Assembly (NCBI GenBank): GCA_023818895.1
Contig: JAMWCX010000002.1
Location: 1 to 32,000 of the forward strand
DNA from: Candidatus Omnitrophota bacterium
GTDB taxonomy: Bacteria; Omnitrophota; Gorgyraeia; 2-01-FULL-45-10
Direction: 5' to 3'
DNA length: 32,000 nt
This document shows positions 9,202-17,883 of this stretch, piece after piece (position 1 is the stretch's first letter; each line of letters begins with the position of its first letter). Under the pieces are notes generated by a model. The model searched no databases, was not told where the DNA came from, and saw only the letters and a list, made by a program, of their open reading frames with translations. Both the position numbers and the translations under genes were made by a program.

Positions 9202-9474
9202 TCAGGCTTTCGGACCTTCCTGTTCAGGAACGTCTTTAGCCGGGGTTTCTTCTTTTTGCTTCTTAGCGCTCTTAACTTTGCCTGCGTATCTTTTCGAGAA
9301 CTTCTCAACGCGGCCTGCGGAGTCAACCAGCTTCTGCTTTCCAGTAAAGAAGGGGTGGCACTTCGAGCAGAGATCCACATGGATATTCTGCTTCGTCGAG
9401 CGCGTGCGAATCACTTCTCCGCAGACACAGACTATCGTCGTCTCCTTGTATTCAGGGTGTATCTTGTCTTTCAT
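9202..9474 (-). CDS. rpmE: 50S ribosomal protein L31 (Zn-ribbon type, Lys-rich C-terminal tail)
   Basis: MKDKIHPEY..., Cys pairs CVC...[10 protein letters not shown]. Strong SD GAGGAGGAG upstream. Confidence 0.93.
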   Translation of the reverse strand: MKDKIHPEYKETTIVCVCGEVIRTRSTKQNIHVDLCSKCHPFFTGKQKLVDSAGRVEKFSKRYAGKVKSAKKQKEETPAKDVPEQEGPKA

Positions 9475-9582
9475 GCTCTCCTCCTCGTTTATTTCAAAAC
9501 AAAATCAAGTATTTCGGAGTTAAAATTTTTTGAATTTTAATCTTGCCGCTTTGATGTTCGATATTCAATATTTGGATTTATA

Positions 9583-10830
9583 TTACTGATTCATCGACAT
9601 CAGGAACTCCGCGTTCGTCTTGGTCTTGGAAAGTTTCTCTATAAGTAGTTGCATCGCCTCATCGGTATTCAGTTCATTAAGCACTTTTCGCATAAGCCAG
9701 ATACGTTTAAGCTCATCTGGATGCACTAAAAGCTCCTCCTTTCTTGTGTTAGAGCGCTTTATGTCGATGGCTGGATATATCCTCTTCTGGAAGAGAGTTC
9801 GGTCCAGCTGAAGTTCCATATTACCCGTACCCTTGAACTCTTCGAATATGACTTCGTCCATCCTGGACCCTGTATCGATTAGCGCCGTCGCTATTATCGT
9901 TAGACTACCGCCCTCCTCAATATTGCGCGCGGCGCCGAAGAAGCGCTTAGGCTTCTGAAGCGCGTTCGAGTCAACGCCTCCTGAGAGGATCTTGCCGGAG
10001 TGAGGAACACACGAATTGTATGCGCGCGCAAGCCGCGTTATAGAGTCAAGGAGTATAACGACATCCTTTTTGCACTCAACGAGCCTTTTCGCCTTCTCAA
10101 GAACCACCTCGGCAACCTGTATATGGCGCTCCGCCGGTTCATCGAAGGTAGAACTTATGACCTCGCCCTTCACCGAGCGCTGCATATCGGTAACCTCCTC
10201 AGGGCGCTCGTCTATAAGGAGCACTATGAGCACCACTTCCGGGTAGTTCGCTGTAATGGCGTTGGCAAACTTCTGTAGGAGCACCGTTTTGCCGCTGTAC
10301 GGGGGGGCCACGATAAGCCCTCTCTGGCCCTTGCCTACCGGCGTGAGAAGGTCCATAATCCTCATGGATATGTCCTTAGGATCATGCTCAAGCAAGTATC
10401 TTTTATTAGGATAAAGCGGAGTCAGGTTGTCGAAGAGTGTCTTGTCTTTCATTTCGTCGGGATTGCCGAGATTAACTGCCTCAACTTTAAGCAGCGCAAA
10501 ATATCTCTCGCCCTCTTTCGGCGGCCTTATCTGGCCGCTCACCGTATCTCCGGTCTGTAGGCTGAACCGCCTTATCTGTGAAGGCGATACATAAATATCA
10601 TCGGGACCCGGCAGGTAGTTGTAGTCGGGACTCCTCAGAAAACCGAAACCGTCAGGCAATATCTCGAGGACACCCTCCCCGAATATCAGACCTTCCTTCT
10701 CGGTCTTGGCTTGCAGGATCTTGAATATAAGATCCTGTTTTTTTAGGCCGCTTACGCCGTTGACGTTCAGTTCCTTGGCGAGCTTCGTCAGCGCCGCGAT
10801 CGACATAGTCTTAAGTTCTGCTATTTCCAT
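9583..10830 (-). CDS. rho: Transcription termination factor Rho
   Basis: [22 protein letters not shown]-terminus, RNA-binding DGFGFLR, and P-loop [14 protein letters not shown] 10830 has SD GGAAGGAG 5 nt upstream and overlaps the coaE stop by 10 nt. The track ORF extends to 10992. Confidence 0.92.
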   Translation of the reverse strand: MEIAELKTMSIAALTKLAKELNVNGVSGLKKQDLIFKILQAKTEKEGLIFGEGVLEILPDGFGFLRSPDYNYLPGPDDIYVSPSQIRRFSLQTGDTVSGQIRPPKEGERYFALLKVEAVNLGNPDEMKDKTLFDNLTPLYPNKRYLLEHDPKDISMRIMDLLTPVGKGQRGLIVAPPYSGKTVLLQKFANAITANYPEVVLIVLLIDERPEEVTDMQRSVKGEVISSTFDEPAERHIQVAEVVLEKAKRLVECKKDVVILLDSITRLARAYNSCVPHSGKILSGGVDSNALQKPKRFFGAARNIEEGGSLTIIATALIDTGSRMDEVIFEEFKGTGNMELQLDRTLFQKRIYPAIDIKRSNTRKEELLVHPDELKRIWLMRKVLNELNTDEAMQLLIEKLSKTKTNAEFLMSMNQ

Positions 10831-11411
10831 GCGATCTCCTTCCACAATTTTTCTACTTGTCTCTTCGTCGCGTTCTTCGTCTTTCCGTTGTCTATCACGA
10901 AGTCCGCTATTTTTATCTTCCTCTTTAAGGGGATCTGGCTCGCGATCCTCTTCATCACCTCTTGCCTTTTGATCCGGAATTTTTTTACGCATCTTTCTAT
11001 CTGCCTCTTTTTAGGACATGTCACAACTATCAGCTTATCCACAAGCTCCTTGGCGCCCGCCTCGATTAGAAGCGGCGCATCTATTACCACTATATCTTCA
11101 GGCCCGCATCTTCTGATCCGGGCTCTTAATTTCTGAATAACCTCCGGATGCACTAAGCTATTAAGCCTGGCGAGCGCCTTCTTATTACCGAACACTATCT
11201 TCGCGAGCTTTTTTCTATCGATCTCGCCTCTTGGCCTAAGAACTCTCTTACCGAAAGCCCTGACAATCTTTTTAAAGACAGGGGTTCCTTTCGTTATGCA
11301 TTCATGCGCTATAGCGTCGGCATCTAATACTTTGGCCCCTTTAGACTTAAAAAGGGATGCGACAAAAGTTTTGCCCGTTCCGAAAGACCCTGTAAGACCT
11401 ATTACCTTCAC
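10821..11411 (-). CDS. coaE: Dephospho-CoA kinase
   Basis: [16 protein letters not shown]-loop at the N-terminus, as in CoaE, plus [10 protein letters not shown] and HPEV. GTG 11411 overlaps the glgA TGA (GTGA). The upstream extension in the track ORF (to 11519) lies within glgA. Confidence 0.85.
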   Translation of the reverse strand: MKVIGLTGSFGTGKTFVASLFKSKGAKVLDADAIAHECITKGTPVFKKIVRAFGKRVLRPRGEIDRKKLAKIVFGNKKALARLNSLVHPEVIQKLRARIRRCGPEDIVVIDAPLLIEAGAKELVDKLIVVTCPKKRQIERCVKKFRIKRQEVMKRIASQIPLKRKIKIADFVIDNGKTKNATKRQVEKLWKEIAWK

Positions 11412-12808
11412 GGCAGCGGTGGCCTCTTCACTATCTTCTGGTATAATCTTATGTACTCCCTGGCCGACACCTTCCAGGAAAAATCCAGCTCCATCACGTT
11501 TTTGACGAGCGCCCGCCATAGCTCCCTGCGCTGATAGGTCGCCAGCGCCTTGTTTATGGCATCGAGCAGGGCCTCAGGCTTGTAATCGACGAACAGGAAG
11601 CCGGACCCTTTCCTCGTCTTCGGATCAAATTCATGTATGGTGTCCTTGAGACCCCCTGTTTTTCTGGCCACAGGGATAGCGCCATACTTAAAACCTATCA
11701 TTTGGTTTAAACCGCACGGCTCGTATCTCGATGGTATCAGAAAGATGTCGGAAGCCGCATATATCTTCCCCGCCGGCAGCATGTCAAACCTCAGGTTTAT
11801 AGACGCGTTTCTAGGATGGGCTCTTGCCATCTTCTCCAAAAGGACGTGGTACTTCTGGTCACCACTGCCCAGCATTACAAGCTGTACTTTTTTATTGAGA
11901 ACATCCCCTATAATCCTGGCAAAAATGTCCATGCCCTTCTGGTCCGCGAGCCGTGATATCATACCTATCATCGGTATATCAGCATCGACCTTAAGGCCAA
12001 GCTGCTTCTGCAGGTCCTCTTTATTTAGGTATTTATCGTCGAGGTTTTCGACTGAATAATTTTTCGCAATGTCTTTATCGGTCGCCGGATTCCAGGTACT
12101 ATAGTCTATGCCGTTTAATATTCCGAAGAGCGAGTCCGCTCTCGTCTTAAGAACCCCTTCAAGGCCGCAGCCGTATTCCGGCGTTAATATCTCTTTTGCG
12201 TATGAGGGACTGACAGTGCTCACAGCGTCGGAATACACTATACCTGCCTTCATAAGGTTAACCTTGCCGTAAAATTCAAAATAGTGTATATGGAAGAGCG
12301 CCCAGTCCAATCCTATCTTCGGGAATTCTTCTTTCGCGAAGAGACCCTGATACGCTATATTATGTATCGTAAAAAGGGTTCTGGTCTTCGAGAAGAAGGG
12401 ATCATATTTGAACAAGGTGTTAAGGTATACCGGCACAAGTGCCGTGTGCCAGTCGTTGCAGTGTATGATGTCCGGCTTGAAATTTTCCTTAAGACACCTC
12501 TCCAACACCTGCCGTGAAAAAAACGAGAAACGGTCGAGGTTATCAGCATAATCACCGTACCTGTCACCATACAAATGAGTTCTGTCAAAATAGTCATCGT
12601 TCTCGACAAACCATACCTCCACGTTCTTATCCATCGCCGTCCGATCGCCTTCAACTTTTACAGAATGATATTTAGGCATGATAAGCCTCACATCCGCGCC
12701 CAGGTCCGCCAGGGCAAGCGGCAGGCTCCCCGCTACGTCAGCCAGGCCCCCTGTCTTGGCGAACGGCACGGCCTCCGCTGACGCGAATAGTACTTTCAGT
12801 TTTTCCAC
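11408..12808 (-). CDS. glgA: Glycogen/starch synthase (GT5, ADP-glucose type)
   Basis: MEKLKVLFASAEAVPFAKTGGLADVAGSLPLAL, with the hallmark KTGGLADV. 466 aa. SD GGAG upstream. Confidence 0.93.
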   Translation of the reverse strand: MEKLKVLFASAEAVPFAKTGGLADVAGSLPLALADLGADVRLIMPKYHSVKVEGDRTAMDKNVEVWFVENDDYFDRTHLYGDRYGDYADNLDRFSFFSRQVLERCLKENFKPDIIHCNDWHTALVPVYLNTLFKYDPFFSKTRTLFTIHNIAYQGLFAKEEFPKIGLDWALFHIHYFEFYGKVNLMKAGIVYSDAVSTVSPSYAKEILTPEYGCGLEGVLKTRADSLFGILNGIDYSTWNPATDKDIAKNYSVENLDDKYLNKEDLQKQLGLKVDADIPMIGMISRLADQKGMDIFARIIGDVLNKKVQLVMLGSGDQKYHVLLEKMARAHPRNASINLRFDMLPAGKIYAASDIFLIPSRYEPCGLNQMIGFKYGAIPVARKTGGLKDTIHEFDPKTRKGSGFLFVDYKPEALLDAINKALATYQRRELWRALVKNVMELDFSWKVSAREYIRLYQKIVKRPPLP

Positions 12809-12878
12809 TTCAGGCTCCGATTTTTAATACACTTATATTCGATGGTTACGCGCTACTTGTCTTGTCTAAACATAACTT

Positions 12879-12902
12879 TTTTGCGCAAACGGTCCCGCAA
12901 AA
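12879..12902 (-). terminator. Possible hairpin terminator downstream of polA
   Basis: 7-bp arms TTTTGCG (12879-12885) and CGCAAAA (12896-12902) with a 10-nt loop, 20 nt after the polA stop. It lacks a clean U-run on the minus-strand transcript. Confidence 0.3.
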
Positions 12903-12922
12903 GCCTTTATTAAACACAAATG

Positions 12923-15592
12923 TTAAAGTTCGTATTTTTCCTGTTCTAACCAGTTTTTTCCTACTTCTATGTGCGCCTCAATCGGCACCTTAAGTTTTAT
13001 AACATTCTCCATACCGTCCCGGACTATGCGGCAGCTTTCTTTGAGCTCATTCTTCGGCACATCAAATACGAGTTCGTCATGCACTTGGAGAGTCATTTTT
13101 GTGTCGAGATTTTTCTTAGCCAGCGTCTCATCGATGGATATCATTGCCACTTTTATAATGTCGGCGGCTGAACCCTGTATGGGGGTATTTATGGCGGTCC
13201 TTTCCGCAAACTGTCTTATCCGCATATCTTGGCTATTTATCTCAGGTATATACCGCCGCCTGCCAAGTATTGTTGTAACATAACCCTTTTTTCTTGCGTC
13301 GGCTATGAGGCTCTCAAGATACTGCCGAACGCTGGGGTATCGCTCGAAATACGCGTCGATGAACTCTTTGGCCTTGTCCACCTCTATGCCTAGCGACTGT
13401 GAAAGGCCGTAGGGGCTCATGCCATAGACTATGCCAAAGTTGACGGTCTTAGCCATGCCTCGCATCTCGGCCGTAACGTCCTTTTCCTTCACGCCAAAAA
13501 CGAGACTTGCCGTGAAGGCATGAATGTCGGCGCCATCTTTGAACGCCTCTATCAGATTGCTGTCGCCGGATAGATGCGCCAGTATCCGCAGCTCTATCTG
13601 CGAATAGTCGGCCGAGAGCAGGAGATGGTCTTTCGAGGACGGTATGAAAGCCTTGCGGATCTTCCGTCCCTCTTCGGTCTTGATGGGTATATTCTGCAGG
13701 TTCGGGTCACTCGATGAAAGCCTTCCGGTTGCTGTCACGGTCTGGTTAAAAGAGGTGTGTATCTTGCCGGTATACGGGTTTATTAAGCCAGGCAGAGAAT
13801 CCACATATGTTGATTTCAGCTTCGAGAGTTCGCGATATTCGAGAAGCGCGCGCGGCAGGTCGTGTTTAGCGGCGAGCTTCGTGAGCACCTCTTCGTCGGT
13901 AGAGACGCCTGTCTTGGTCCTCTTTATCACTGGAAGCTTCAATTTTTCAAAAAGCACCATGGAAAGCTGCCTTGGTGAATTTATATTGAATTCCTCGCCT
14001 GCCATCTCGTATATCTTCTTAGTAAGGCCCTGAAGCTTTCTATCCATCTGGCCAGAAAGCTCGGCCAGATAATCCGTATCTATCGATACGCCGTTAATCT
14101 CCATCCGCGCAAGCACTTTTACCAGCGGCATCTCCACTTTATAAAATAGTTCCTCGAGACCCTTGGCCGATATCTCTTTCTCGAGTATCTTCTTGAGCCT
14201 TAATGTCACATCTGAATCCTCGCAGCAATAGGCGCATACCTTTTCTACGTCGACTTCGGCCATGGTTATCGCCTTCTTGCCCTTGCCTATAAGATCATCT
14301 ATAGGTGTGGTCATCTTATGATTAAGGTATTCGATTGATATGTCCTCAAGATTGTGATTAAGCTTCGAGGGATTAAGAACGTAAGAGGCGACCATCGTGT
14401 CAAAAAGCTCACCGCCAAGCCGTATACCCCGCTTCGCGAGTATCATATATTCATATTTTATATTTTGGCCTATCTTCAATACCTTACGATTCTCAAATAC
14501 ACGTTTAAGAGCTGAAAGCACCGTGTTAGCGTCAAAATGCTTATTCATCGGCACATAGCAGGCATGCCCTATCTTCCAAGAAAATGATACGCCAACAGGC
14601 GCGGCAACCATAGGATCCTCATTCGTAGTCTCGAAATCGAAAGCAAATTCGTCTATCTTTCCCAGCTCAGAAACAAGTTTTTCAAGTTTTTTTTGGCTAT
14701 CGATCAGTTCATACGTAGATCTGAGCGTCTCCTTAGGAGTCAAGTCTTTTATAAAAGACTTGAATTCGAGCTCCTTATAAAGCTCAAGCAAAGAAGCCTG
14801 ATCCGGTTCCTTAAGTTCAAGTTGTTTAAAATCCACTTTTAGCGGCACATCCTTATCCAAAAGAGCAAGCTCCTTGCTGAGGCGGGCCATATCCTGCCCT
14901 TCTCGCAGCATCTTCTGTCGGGCCTCGCCCTTCACCTTAGATATGTTCGCAAGAAGATGATCGAGCGAGCCGAATTCGCCGATAAGCTCTATCGCGGTTT
15001 TCTCTCCTATACCGCGCACGCCTGGAATATTATCGCTAGCGTCTCCCATAAGCGCCATTATATCCGGTATCTTTTCCGGCCCTACTCCGTAGGCCTCCCT
15101 TACCTTCGCCTTGTCATATATGAGACCGTCCTTATGGGTACTAAAGACTTTAATATGGTCGTTTACTAGTTGCAAGGCATCTTTATCGCCTGTAACTATA
15201 TAAGTTTCTATGCCGTGGGATTCCGCCTTTTTAGCGATTGTGGCCAGCACATCATCGGCCTCATAACCCTGAACCTCGAATATCGGTATATTCGATGCCT
15301 GAACAAAGCGCTTTATATAGGGCATCTGGCTTACCATCTCATTCGGCATCGGCTTACGGTGTATCTTATACTCACCGAATTTTTCGTGCCTGAAGGTAGG
15401 GCCTTTAAGGTCGAAAGCAACGGCCAGCATGTCCGGAGAGTTATCCTTTATTATCTTATGGAGCATGGTAACGAACCCATAGACAGCATTCGTCGGCTGG
15501 CCTTTTGAGTTCGAAAGCGGCCTTATGGCGTAATATGCCCTGTAACAGAACGAGTTTCCGTCAATAAGGAATAATCTTTTCTTCCCAGACAT
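12923..15592 (-). CDS. polA: DNA polymerase I
   Basis: 889 aa. 5'-nuclease N-terminus (LFLIDGNSFCYRAYYA), 3'-5' exo motif FAFDFETT, and pol motifs DYSQIELR, RGMAKTVNFGIVYGMS and QVHDELVF. Confidence 0.97.
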   Translation of the reverse strand: MSGKKRLFLIDGNSFCYRAYYAIRPLSNSKGQPTNAVYGFVTMLHKIIKDNSPDMLAVAFDLKGPTFRHEKFGEYKIHRKPMPNEMVSQMPYIKRFVQASNIPIFEVQGYEADDVLATIAKKAESHGIETYIVTGDKDALQLVNDHIKVFSTHKDGLIYDKAKVREAYGVGPEKIPDIMALMGDASDNIPGVRGIGEKTAIELIGEFGSLDHLLANISKVKGEARQKMLREGQDMARLSKELALLDKDVPLKVDFKQLELKEPDQASLLELYKELEFKSFIKDLTPKETLRSTYELIDSQKKLEKLVSELGKIDEFAFDFETTNEDPMVAAPVGVSFSWKIGHACYVPMNKHFDANTVLSALKRVFENRKVLKIGQNIKYEYMILAKRGIRLGGELFDTMVASYVLNPSKLNHNLEDISIEYLNHKMTTPIDDLIGKGKKAITMAEVDVEKVCAYCCEDSDVTLRLKKILEKEISAKGLEELFYKVEMPLVKVLARMEINGVSIDTDYLAELSGQMDRKLQGLTKKIYEMAGEEFNINSPRQLSMVLFEKLKLPVIKRTKTGVSTDEEVLTKLAAKHDLPRALLEYRELSKLKSTYVDSLPGLINPYTGKIHTSFNQTVTATGRLSSSDPNLQNIPIKTEEGRKIRKAFIPSSKDHLLLSADYSQIELRILAHLSGDSNLIEAFKDGADIHAFTASLVFGVKEKDVTAEMRGMAKTVNFGIVYGMSPYGLSQSLGIEVDKAKEFIDAYFERYPSVRQYLESLIADARKKGYVTTILGRRRYIPEINSQDMRIRQFAERTAINTPIQGSAADIIKVAMISIDETLAKKNLDTKMTLQVHDELVFDVPKNELKESCRIVRDGMENVIKLKVPIEAHIEVGKNWLEQEKYEL

Positions 15593-15734
15593 TACACGGC
15601 GAGCCTTATCATGAGGTAAAGATACAGAAGGATGAATTTGACATTTATCGCTATTTTATTTCTATCTAGGGATTAATCTCTCGGAAATTGGCCACTCTTT
15701 AGAGAGGAATTAAGAATTGTCAATATTGATATTA

Positions 15735-15762
15735 ATTATACAAATTACGTCGGATTTGTCAA
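15735..15762 (-). promoter_or_regulatory. Consensus sigma70-type promoter upstream of polA
   Basis: Minus strand: TTGACA (15762-15757), 16-nt spacer AATCCGACGTAATTTG, TATAAT (15740-15735). The predicted TSS falls in or next to the perfect 10-bp palindrome TCAATATTGA (15720-15729). Confidence 0.6.
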
Positions 15763-15776
15763 TAAAAATAATCCTT

Positions 15777-17783
15777 TTACATAAAATAATCGAAATCCCG
15801 CTCTTTATGAAGCTGTTTAGCCACCCTTATAACGTGAGCCGGCGCCTTCTGGGGATCAAGCTCTATGTAACTTGTGTGTCCCTGCCATATGAACTTCTGG
15901 TCGTTCAATAGATCATGGGCCATGTAGGGGGACTCTTTATCTATACCAAGATCCTCTAATGGGACATGCAGCAATCCTGACTGGACATGAAAAGGGTCAA
16001 GGTTGACTACCACTATGATTATGTCAGAATAATCTCCTGTAGCCTTGTAGTAAGCCAGTAGATTTTCGTTGTCTATGTTGCAGAAACGGATATTGCGGGT
16101 CATCTGAAGGCATGGATTTTCGCGACGGATGGTGTTAAGTTTTGTAAGAAGATCCTTTATGTTTCCCGGACGGTTTCGGTCCCAATGCTTTATCTCGTAT
16201 TTTTCGGAGTCCAGATATTCTTCCCTTCCCGGAAGCGGTGTATTGACGCACAACTCAAAAGCCGGCCCGTATATGCCATAATTCGACGACATGGTCGCGG
16301 CCATCACCGCGCGAATGGCAAAGGCAGGCCTGCCGCCTATCTGCAGGTGCTCCGGCAATATATCAGGGGTATTGGGCCAGAAGTTCGGCCGGAAATACTC
16401 GGCGACGTCAGTCTGGGTAAGTTCGGTCAGGTAGTCTTTCAGCTCCTGCTTGGTGTTTCGCCAGGTAAAATATGTGTACGACTGGCTAAATCCCGACTTT
16501 GCCAGCCGGTACATTATTTTAGGCCTTGTGAATGCCTCGGAAAGCAATATAACGCGGCGGTCTTTTTTTCTCAGTTCGGGGATCAGCCAGTCCCAGAACG
16601 CAAACGGCTTTGTATGAGGGTTATCCACTCTGAATATCTTAACCCCCTGATCCATCCAGAAGACGAAGATGCTTTTGAGCTCTTTCCAAAGGCCTTCCCT
16701 ATCAACGGTATCAAAATTAAACGGCACAATGTCTTCATATTTCTTGGGAGGATTTTCAGCATATTGAACGGTGCCGTCGGGTCTCCATTTGAACCACTGG
16801 GGATGGCTCTTCAGATAAGGATGATCCGGCGAACACTGTAGAGCGATATCGAGCGCCACCTCAAGCCTATTCTTTGCGGCGGAAGCCACAAAAGACTTGA
16901 AGTCATTCAATGTCCCTAACTGGGGATGAATTGATTTATGGCCCCCTTCAGATGAGCCGATGGCCCATGGTGATCCTGGATCACCGGGCATACATTTGAC
17001 GGAGTTATTCTTTCCTTTGCGAAACTTCTTGCCGATTGGATGAATAGGAGGAAGGTACACTATATTGAAACCCATAGCGGCTATATCAGGAAGTATGCGT
17101 TCGCAGTCCTTAAATGTTCCGTGTTTCCCCGCCTCCGGGCTGCAAGAGCGCGGGAATACCTCATACCAGCTGCTGAATATAGCGCGCCTACGCTCTACCA
17201 TCACCTTCAGCTCAGGAGAATAGGTCGAGCTCTTGGCCTTATCGAGATTAGCCCTCATTATCGCGTTAAGCTCCTCATCCATCGCCAGCGCGAGAGCGGC
17301 TTTAGGGCTCCGCGCTCCGAGCATGTCGCGGGACCTTTTATTAAGCAAGGACGCTTCCGCCTTGCCGCAACGCAACGCCGTCTGGCGTATTATCGCCGCG
17401 CCTATCTTGAGATCCACAGAAATATCTCTTCCCGCGTCCACTCTTTTTTTGAGGTCGTGGCACCACGAGGAAAATTCGTCTATGTATCCCCGCACGGAAT
17501 AGACATAGTCATTTTCGGTTTCGATGGTAAAGGAACCCGCCCAGGCGTCGTTTCCCAAAGGCCTCATCGGAAGCTCATTCCATTCCTTCTTGCCGAATTC
17601 GCGATAAAGGAGAAACGCGGCTGTTTCATCATGGCCGTCGGCGTAAACGTCGGCCCGCACAACCACCTGCTCGCCGACAACGCGCTTTATGGGAAACGCG
17701 CCGCCATCGATCTGGGGAGATACATGCTCGATGACTATCCTTGAGCTCGCCGGAATTTTTTTCGCCTCAACCTTCTTTGCCAT
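15777..17783 (-). CDS. glgE: Alpha-1,4-glucan:maltose-1-phosphate maltosyltransferase (GlgE, GH13)
   Basis: N-terminus RIVIEHVSPQIDGGAFPIKRVVGEQVVVRADVYADGHDE and PMRPLGNDAWAGSF are typical of GlgE, as is the catalytic region FRVDNPHTKPFAFW. I prefer the MAKKVEAKK start at 17783; the track ORF starts at ATG 17837. Confidence 0.85.
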   Translation of the reverse strand: MAKKVEAKKIPASSRIVIEHVSPQIDGGAFPIKRVVGEQVVVRADVYADGHDETAAFLLYREFGKKEWNELPMRPLGNDAWAGSFTIETENDYVYSVRGYIDEFSSWCHDLKKRVDAGRDISVDLKIGAAIIRQTALRCGKAEASLLNKRSRDMLGARSPKAALALAMDEELNAIMRANLDKAKSSTYSPELKVMVERRRAIFSSWYEVFPRSCSPEAGKHGTFKDCERILPDIAAMGFNIVYLPPIHPIGKKFRKGKNNSVKCMPGDPGSPWAIGSSEGGHKSIHPQLGTLNDFKSFVASAAKNRLEVALDIALQCSPDHPYLKSHPQWFKWRPDGTVQYAENPPKKYEDIVPFNFDTVDREGLWKELKSIFVFWMDQGVKIFRVDNPHTKPFAFWDWLIPELRKKDRRVILLSEAFTRPKIMYRLAKSGFSQSYTYFTWRNTKQELKDYLTELTQTDVAEYFRPNFWPNTPDILPEHLQIGGRPAFAIRAVMAATMSSNYGIYGPAFELCVNTPLPGREEYLDSEKYEIKHWDRNRPGNIKDLLTKLNTIRRENPCLQMTRNIRFCNIDNENLLAYYKATGDYSDIIIVVVNLDPFHVQSGLLHVPLEDLGIDKESPYMAHDLLNDQKFIWQGHTSYIELDPQKAPAHVIRVAKQLHKERDFDYFM

Positions 17784-17844
17784 ATCTTTTTGTATTTTAT
17801 CATTAAAGGTTGTAATTACAAATGAAAAAATGACCATAATCCAC

Positions 17845-17873
17845 TTGCGAATTTTGCGTTCTTGGATTATAGT
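17845..17873 (+). promoter_or_regulatory. Candidate promoter for the GT4 gene, implying a near-leaderless mRNA
   Basis: TTGCGA (17845-17850), 17-nt spacer, TATAGT (17868-17873), with the ATG only 8 nt after the -10. No SD precedes the ATG. On the opposite strand, TATAAT (17871-17866) overlaps the same sequence. Confidence 0.35.
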
Positions 17874-17883
17874 ATTGGATTAT
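17862..17883 (+). repeat. Direct repeat TTGGATTAT x2 (13-nt period) spanning the -10 and the start codon
   Basis: TTGGATTAT occurs at 17862-17870 and 17875-17883, separated by AGTA. The second copy contains the ATG of the GT4 gene. Confidence 0.5.

Noticed and set aside
9520-9540. AT-only palindrome TTAAAATT...AATTTTAA between rho and rpmE. A similar weak hairpin GGAAAA...TTTTCC lies at 8036-8054.
   Set aside because: The stems consist almost entirely of A-T pairs (6-8 bp). They are too weak to call terminators with any confidence.
10831-10992. 54-aa charged (K/R/E/D-rich) N-terminal extension of Rho in the track ORF
   Set aside because: It lies entirely inside the Lys/Arg-rich 3' end of coaE in another frame, which naturally yields charged residues. 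ATG 10830 has a strong GGAAGGAG SD and gives a canonical Rho of about 415 aa. Extended Rho N-termini exist in some phyla, so this is not fully excluded.
11412-11519. 36-aa N-terminal extension of CoaE (MAGARQKRDG...)
   Set aside because: It overlaps the glgA 3' end. CoaE proteins normally begin right at the xxIGLTG P-loop strand, and GTG 11411 forms a GTGA junction with the glgA stop.
17784-17837. Longer GlgE start (MVIFSFVITTFNDKIQKD...) at ATG 17837
   Set aside because: The extra 18 aa are hydrophobic or atypical and are absent from the GlgE N-termini I know. Neither start has a good SD, so this remains uncertain.
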